Source of the DNA: an uncultured Dehalococcoidia bacterium
GTDB taxonomy: Bacteria > Chloroflexota > Dehalococcoidia > Lucifugimonadales > UBA3495
Assembly (NCBI GenBank): GCA_950072105.1
Contig: CATMOE010000024.1
Span: 1-49,378, forward strand
DNA length: 49,378 nucleotides
Direction: 5' to 3'
In this document: positions 48,940-49,378 of the stretch, in pieces
Numbering within the stretch: position 1 is the first letter of the stretch
Layout: each line of letters begins with the position of its first letter
Program-made: the position numbers and the translations under genes
The notes under the pieces: model-generated
Database searches by the model: none
What the model saw: the letters and a program-made list of their open reading frames with translations, nothing else
What the model was told of the DNA's origin: nothing

Positions 48940-49377
48940 CTAAACCTCCCTACTTGTCTGTGTCTCTTCCAAGCGATCCAACTCCTCCTGAAGCTCGCCC
49001 CAAGCTTCCATCACTTGGTGGAGCAGACGGAACGCAAATGAGCGCATGTCACGCTCCACTGGGAGATTATCCTCGGAGCGGCCGTCAAGGTATTCGTTCA
49101 CCGAGTCTATGAATCCCTTGTAATCCCCCGGGGTTCTCCTGATAGGCACTGGCAACGGGACCAGACCAAATACAGCAGCCTGAGCGTACCCGCGGACATT
49201 TTCGGGAAGCCAAGCGCGATAAGCGACGATTCCGTCCAGGTCACCCGTATAAGGTCTCTCACGCAGGTTGTAGCCGACTACCTGTCTTTGGGCGTAGGCG
49301 CGGACAATCCGTAATTGATCAGAGGGACCCAAGCCGTCCAACGCTACCCTCAGACGACGGATCCAGCGAGCTTCGTG
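48940..49377 (-). CDS. Hypothetical protein of the integrated element (frame open to window edge)
   Basis: ORF stop abuts the integrase ATG and contains its GGGAGG RBS; no stop upstream of 49341 within the window. Confidence 0.55.
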   Translation of the reverse strand, partial: HEARWIRRLRVALDGLGPSDQLRIVRAYAQRQVVGYNLRERPYTGDLDGIVAYRAWLPENVRGYAQAAVFGLVPLPVPIRRTPGDYKGFIDSVNEYLDGRSEDNLPVERDMRSFAFRLLHQVMEAWGELQEELDRLEETQTSREV

Positions 49378-49378
49378 C

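Larger units (their letters stand above)
47674..49378. mobile_element. Left end of an integrative element at the tRNA cluster (probably tRNA-Trp)
   Basis: Integrase convergent on the tRNA 3' end, arm-like repeats, visibly AT-richer sequence. Confidence 0.75.

Noticed and set aside
101..49041. Numerous 60-260 aa antisense or alternate-frame ORFs in the track (e.g. 3519-4193, 31697-32476, 35763-36413)
   Set aside because: They overlap well-supported genes and are expected in GC-rich DNA; no motifs
1..49378. CRISPR array, rRNA, reverse transcriptase or recognisable defence genes
   Set aside because: No repeat-spacer periodicity or diagnostic motifs seen

Overview
GC-rich bacterial chromosome segment; the gene content (T-box, F420-dependent PPOX protein, SDR, amidohydrolase, TPP enzyme) suggests Chloroflexota/Dehalococcoidia, SAR202-like (inference). 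Left part: a Trp T-box-controlled trpE-G-D-C-F-B operon with no trpA, interleaved with a methyltransferase, a VOC protein, two DUF4258/DUF2283 toxin-antitoxin-like pairs and a heptamer repeat. Middle: metabolic and housekeeping genes (glcDEF, aminotransferase, leuB, metF, acpS, nnr, eboC/eboF-like, radC). Right part: an ~8.3 kb accessory region bounded by radC and an unannotated, diverged second copy of the radC 3' end (46056-46133), which points to an integrase-less island inserted in radC. It carries an MFS transporter, a TAG-interrupted metzincin-like gene, an IS200/IS605-like end, a three-gene cluster (HExxH protein, PAL-like NHL lipoprotein, frameshifted ependymin/LolA-like protein) with attC-like flanks, and an amidohydrolase. 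The window ends with tRNA-Ala/Arg/Trp and a tyrosine-integrase element next to tRNA-Trp. All family assignments come from motif recognition by eye; no searches were run.
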